This document shows, piece after piece, positions 59,990-64,000 of a stretch of DNA of 64,000 nucleotides. Source of the DNA: an uncultured Methanosarcinales archaeon (lineage in GTDB: Archaea; Nanobdellota; Nanobdellia; Woesearchaeales; CAYVYK01); the NCBI GenBank assembly GCA_964455675.1, contig CAYVYK010000005.1:1-64000 (forward strand), given 5' to 3'. Position 1 is the first letter of the stretch, and each line of letters opens with the position of its first letter. The translations under genes and the position numbers were made by a program. The notes beneath the pieces were generated by a model. That model had not been told where the DNA came from, searched no databases, and worked only from the letters and a program-made list of their open reading frames with translations.

Positions 59990-60592
59990 ATGGCTTCCAG
60001 ACGCCCAAAAAGGCTACCAAAGTACCTCACAAGAGATGAGTTGCAAAGGCTCTTAAACGCTGCGGGAAGACCGATCGATCGCTTAATTATCCTCTTCCTG
60101 TACAACACAGGAGCTCGTGTCTCAGAGCTCGTTAATTTTCGAATTGAAGACATTGACTTCGAAAACCAGTCAATAACTATTTTTCGTGGAAAGGGAGCCA
60201 AAGACCGTACTGTGAACGTTTCAGAAGAGTTCCTAAATGAGCTTAGACGGCATATAAAAGACCGAAGAGAAGGTATTTTATTCAATAGTAACTGGAAACG
60301 AGCTTTCACGCAGAGAGCAATACAGAAAAAGATAAAAAACCTTGCGAGAATAGCGAAACTACCCTATCTGCATAAAATAACGCCACACACACTTAGGCAC
60401 ACCCATGCAGTGCATTCCCTTCAAGCTGGAGTCAATATAATCTCCATAAAGAAGCATCTGGGCCATGAAAACCTGAAAACAACAATGGTTTACACTGAAA
60501 TCAGTGATGAGGTTGTTAAACGTGATTATGAAGTCCATAAACCATTCAAACTTAAGAGAGAATCGGATCAACAAACGCTAGATTCCATTTAA
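59990..60592 (+). CDS. Xer-family tyrosine recombinase (catalytic domain only)
   Basis: LPKYL, YNTGARVSE, GKGAKDR, HTLRH, LGH, TMVY: complete R-K-H-R-H-Y set. Confidence 0.92.
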   Translation: MASRRPKRLPKYLTRDELQRLLNAAGRPIDRLIILFLYNTGARVSELVNFRIEDIDFENQSITIFRGKGAKDRTVNVSEEFLNELRRHIKDRREGILFNSNWKRAFTQRAIQKKIKNLARIAKLPYLHKITPHTLRHTHAVHSLQAGVNIISIKKHLGHENLKTTMVYTEISDEVVKRDYEVHKPFKLKRESDQQTLDSI

Positions 60593-61419
60593 TCTAATCA
60601 CTCAAACAATATAAATAGAAGCTAGTTATTGTATAACATATTAATCTAAGAACCTGATCTAAAGGAGATAATCAAAAATATAGTAGATAAAATAACTAAT
60701 CCGCTACCCATAACTTACCTTATCCGGTTCCAACTCTCACTTTCTGGTGCATTCAGTGAGTTTTTATGTCAAACGCAATCAAAAAGTGAGAGTTCCGATA
60801 CTTCCACCAATAAGCGGGTACCATCTGATCAACCTCAATTTCAAATTGTCAGCCCCAAGAGTTATTGTTAGCTTCAATAATAGAACGAGCACCCGGATTG
60901 AATCGAGGGACTTCCAGTGATACTCCTCCTGGCCGGACTCTCACCCACTATACTGAATCCAAACAGATCTCCCCTTTTTGCCAATTATACCTTTCATTAT
61001 CCCTGCTTTGATAAAAAAGTGAGATGAACCACTAACTGAGTACGCGCATCCTCCTTAACTGGTTAGGCACCATGGCGCAGGTTATAGATTCTAGCTCCTG
61101 ATGTTTATAATCCGTAGTATTACCCCTTTTACCAGAATACTGCGGTCTCAAAATCAACCTCCGATACTACAGGATCATCTTTGGAGAAGACGTATGCTAT
61201 ATACGCGCCAGGTCTCAGAAAGTGAGGATTAGTCAAAATTACTCCAAACCAAAAGAATCAGTGTTATCCGCTTTTTAAACTATTTTTTCTAATATAGTAG
61301 TATACAGAATAGTAAACTATATATACTACTACCCCTGTTGTACAACCTTACCGTTTATATACATTTCCCACGCTTGCGTGGGGGCGACTAATTTACTGCT
61401 GAGGAGGAGAGGTGAGCGG

Positions 61420-62496
61420 ATGGATACGATAGTAAATGCGGCGTTATCGAAGCAAAACACGATGACGCAGGTTGAGTCAACCGTGGGTCAGGCAAACATC
61501 AAGGTGATTGGCTGCGGTGGTGGCGGTTGCAACATGGTCAACTGGCTCTACAAGAAAGGTGTTCGTGGGGCTGAGATCATCGCCTTCAATACAGATCAAC
61601 AGCATCTCAATATCGTCGAAGCGGATAAAAAATTTCTCATCGGTCAGAATTTAACAAGAGGTCTAGGTTGTGGTGGATTCCCTCAGAGAGGAGAGGAAGC
61701 TGCAAAGGAATCTATGAATAGGATTAAGGAATCCATCGGAGGATCAGACCTTACATTTGTTTGCGCCGGAATGGGCGGAGGTACAGGTACTGGCTCTGCT
61801 CCCGTCGTCGCTAGAGTTGCGCGTGAGTCCGGCTCAATCGTTCTGGGCACTGTTACCATGCCCTTTAAGATCGAGCGTGCGCGCATCGAAAAAGCGGAGT
61901 TTGGTCTCGCTGCACTCCGCAAGAATTGTGACACCGTCATCGTCATTGATAACAATCGCCTCGTCGAAATCGCCGGGAATCTGCCGATTGCACAAGCGTT
62001 TGCCGTCGCAAATGAATTGATTGCAACAATGATCCGTGGTATCGTCGAAACAATCTCCGTTCCAAGTCTCGTGAACCTGGACTTCGCTGATGTAAAAGCC
62101 ATTATGAAGGAAGGTGGAGTTGCGGCGATCGGCGTCGGTAGTTCCGACACAAACAATCGTGTTGCGGAAGCAGTTCAGGGTGCACTCAACAATCCTCTTC
62201 TTGACATCGACTATAAAGGTGCTGTCGGAGCCCTCATCCATCTCGAGGGCGGCGAGGACATGACACTTGAAGAAGTGAATAAGATGGGCGAGCTTGTTAC
62301 TGAGAGCCTTTCCGAGGATGCGAACGTCATCTGGGGTGCGCGCGTTTCTCCCGAGATGAAGGGAAGGGTCACGGTGATGACGATCATCACGGGTGTCACA
62401 AGCCCTTGGATGCTCGGAAAAACTGCAAGACAGGCTAGTGCCCGTGAAGTTCCAGCAGCGAGAGACGACGATGAGCTGAGGATAATCCCCCTATGA
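61420..62496 (+). CDS. ftsZ: Cell division protein FtsZ (FtsZ2-like)
   Basis: GCGGGG, GMGGGTGTG, NLDFADV, VIWGAR; GAGGTGA RBS. Confidence 0.97.
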   Translation: MDTIVNAALSKQNTMTQVESTVGQANIKVIGCGGGGCNMVNWLYKKGVRGAEIIAFNTDQQHLNIVEADKKFLIGQNLTRGLGCGGFPQRGEEAAKESMNRIKESIGGSDLTFVCAGMGGGTGTGSAPVVARVARESGSIVLGTVTMPFKIERARIEKAEFGLAALRKNCDTVIVIDNNRLVEIAGNLPIAQAFAVANELIATMIRGIVETISVPSLVNLDFADVKAIMKEGGVAAIGVGSSDTNNRVAEAVQGALNNPLLDIDYKGAVGALIHLEGGEDMTLEEVNKMGELVTESLSEDANVIWGARVSPEMKGRVTVMTIITGVTSPWMLGKTARQASAREVPAARDDDELRIIPL

Positions 62497-62572
62497 GAAT
62501 CGTTGACCTGCTTACATGCATTGATTTTATTATGCTGTTATATAGTGGAATTCCCCAACCGGAGGTCGGAAT

Positions 62573-63307
62573 ATGACGAAAGGAAATGACATGATTATTC
62601 GAAGAATGGTGGATGATCTCGTGGAAAGCAGCGAGCCCTACCTCAACGCCCCAAAGCCTCAGAGTTTTGAGAAGATATTACCTACGTTGATGAAGAAGGG
62701 GATTGACAACCTTAACCTCTCCATGTTTAGCGACGATGTGCGCACGCAAATTTTAAATACACTCGGAGAGGAGTATATCCGTCGTGGAAAGATGGGCGAA
62801 GCGATCAAGGCGTTCGTTCTCACAAGTAATCGCACGAAACTTTGCGACGTGGGTGATGAGTTTGTTCGGCTCGGCCAATTCGCGAATGCTACGGAAGCGT
62901 TCAAGCTCGCGAACGACAAGCAAAAGTTGTTTGAGCTCGGTAACAAATGCTTTGAGGAAGGGCATCTCGCTGATGCCGTAAAAGCATACTCCCAGTTGGA
63001 TGATGTGGCTCTCCTAAAGAAAGTAGGTGACGACTGTGTCAACCGCCTGAAATTCGAGCACGCGTTTGAGCTCTACAGTATTGTGAAGGATAAGGAACGG
63101 CTTATCGAGCTGGGAAACCGATGTGTTGAAGAACGACAGTTTGGTACAGCCATTCGTGCGTTCAAGGCGGCGGAAGCCAAGGAGAGCTTGAATCAGCTTG
63201 GTGACCTCTGCCTGCGGGAAGGATTTTTCATGTCCGCGCTTGAGGTTTACAAACTCACAGAAAACCAGGCAATGGTTGACTTCATCCAGGAGAATTTTGT
63301 AAGGTGA
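62573..63307 (+). CDS. Alpha-solenoid (TPR/clathrin-like) repeat protein
   Basis: Repeated L..(L/V)G..C..EG....A..A(F/Y) units of about 29 aa. Confidence 0.8.
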   Translation: MTKGNDMIIRRMVDDLVESSEPYLNAPKPQSFEKILPTLMKKGIDNLNLSMFSDDVRTQILNTLGEEYIRRGKMGEAIKAFVLTSNRTKLCDVGDEFVRLGQFANATEAFKLANDKQKLFELGNKCFEEGHLADAVKAYSQLDDVALLKKVGDDCVNRLKFEHAFELYSIVKDKERLIELGNRCVEERQFGTAIRAFKAAEAKESLNQLGDLCLREGFFMSALEVYKLTENQAMVDFIQENFVR

Positions 63308-63311
63308 TGTC

Positions 63312-63719
63312 ATGGACACGAAGGAAGGAGACTACTACCTATTTGAGAAGCGCATGGAGCTCAAGGTGAATCTCGCTCTTCAGAAAATGAAGGAGCAAAT
63401 GGATTCCCTCTCAAAAGAGCTGTCCGACGTAAAGGGAGAACTCATGGAAGCGCGCAGGAGTGCGCGCGCGCCGCCAGTCATGCCCTCAGCTTCTCCTCCG
63501 GTGATGAATGTACAACCCGCAGAGCCTCAATTTGATGCAACGCAGGGAGTAACGGGAGCAATGCTCGCGCAGCAGTGGGCGAATCAACCACAGCCTGCAG
63601 CATATGCTGCACCGCAGAATCCTGCCCCTCAGGTCATGCAACAGCCTGTCCAGCAACGTCCACAGGACCCGCCGGTTCCAGACCTTCAGAAGATGTTTTA
63701 CTTTGGAGGTAAGAGATAA
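63312..63719 (+). CDS. Hypothetical protein (coiled coil plus P/Q-rich linker)
   Basis: AGGTGA RBS; C-terminal KMFYFGGK tail; in the ftsZ operon. Confidence 0.7.
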   Translation: MDTKEGDYYLFEKRMELKVNLALQKMKEQMDSLSKELSDVKGELMEARRSARAPPVMPSASPPVMNVQPAEPQFDATQGVTGAMLAQQWANQPQPAAYAAPQNPAPQVMQQPVQQRPQDPPVPDLQKMFYFGGKR

Positions 63720-64000
63720 TGAATGAGCTCATGCATGTCTGCCGTCATTGCCATGCCAAGACACCTTTTGAACTCCTGCTATATGATGAGTCTGCGGAAG
63801 CGCTTGTATGCAAGAGCTGTGTTGGCAAAGGACGCGCAAAGAAGGTGGAAACTATGAAGGATACTCGCACGAAAATGATGTGTTCAAACTGCAACTATCG
63901 GTTCTATTTGAACCCGAAAGTGTCACCTCGCTGCCCAAACTGCGGCGAGTCTTGCATTGAGGAAGCAATGAGTGCGCAGCAAATCCTCAACCAGGTTGTT
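63719..64000 (+). CDS. Double zinc-ribbon protein (truncated by window end)
   Basis: Hand translation MNELMHVCRHC..CKSC..CSNC..CPNC; TAATG overlap. Confidence 0.75.
   Translation, partial: MNELMHVCRHCHAKTPFELLLYDESAEALVCKSCVGKGRAKKVETMKDTRTKMMCSNCNYRFYLNPKVSPRCPNCGESCIEEAMSAQQILNQVV

Noticed and set aside
59990..60592. Recombinase as the integron integrase for the 4-10 kb array
   Set aside because: Lacks the IntI-specific insertion before HxxR, lies 50 kb away, and has its own dif-like site; action in trans is not excluded
56305..61072. 15-bp direct repeat ACTGGTTAGGCACCA (56305-56319, 61058-61072) as attL/attR of an integrated element carrying the recombinase
   Set aside because: The interval contains core rpoL and a conserved methyltransferase; a single 15-mer match in 64 kb can arise by chance

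Overview
Chromosomal segment of a small-genome archaeon, most consistent with DPANN (Woesearchaeota/Nanoarchaeota-like; lineage inferred from gene content and style). Standard genetic code. Housekeeping genes include aRF1, aIF5A, aIF5B, CCA-adding enzyme, RpoE'/Spt4/RpoL, ribosomal proteins eL40, eS24, uL1, uL10 and P1/P2, UppS and FtsZ, plus many lineage-specific hypothetical, membrane and secreted proteins. Three regions are not explained by the gene annotation. (1) 4.3-10.5 kb: an AT-rich array of four gene cassettes separated by attC-like palindromic elements (TAACAnnGG...CCTGTTA), two of them 142-bp near-identical copies. Each cassette payload is also bracketed by its own cassette-specific inverted repeat, and no integron integrase is in the window. 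One cassette has short-peptide genes with an ATP-grasp-like enzyme; the next has a radical SAM enzyme. (2) 47.3-50.9 kb: about 3.5 kb of GC-rich DNA with no credible ORF and dense stem-loops (G-U pairs mostly favour the + strand). It holds a D-arm-less tRNA-like domain, a triplicated module with variable loops, and a final 14-bp stem plus T8; it is a candidate giant non-coding RNA directly downstream of a HerA-like ATPase operon. (3) 57.4-61.4 kb: phased TTCCCA repeats, two coiled-coil/HTH genes, a 28-bp dif-like site and a catalytic-domain-only Xer recombinase next to ftsZ, probably a replication terminus/segregation (or origin) locus. All calls come from reading motifs by eye; no searches or folding programs were run.
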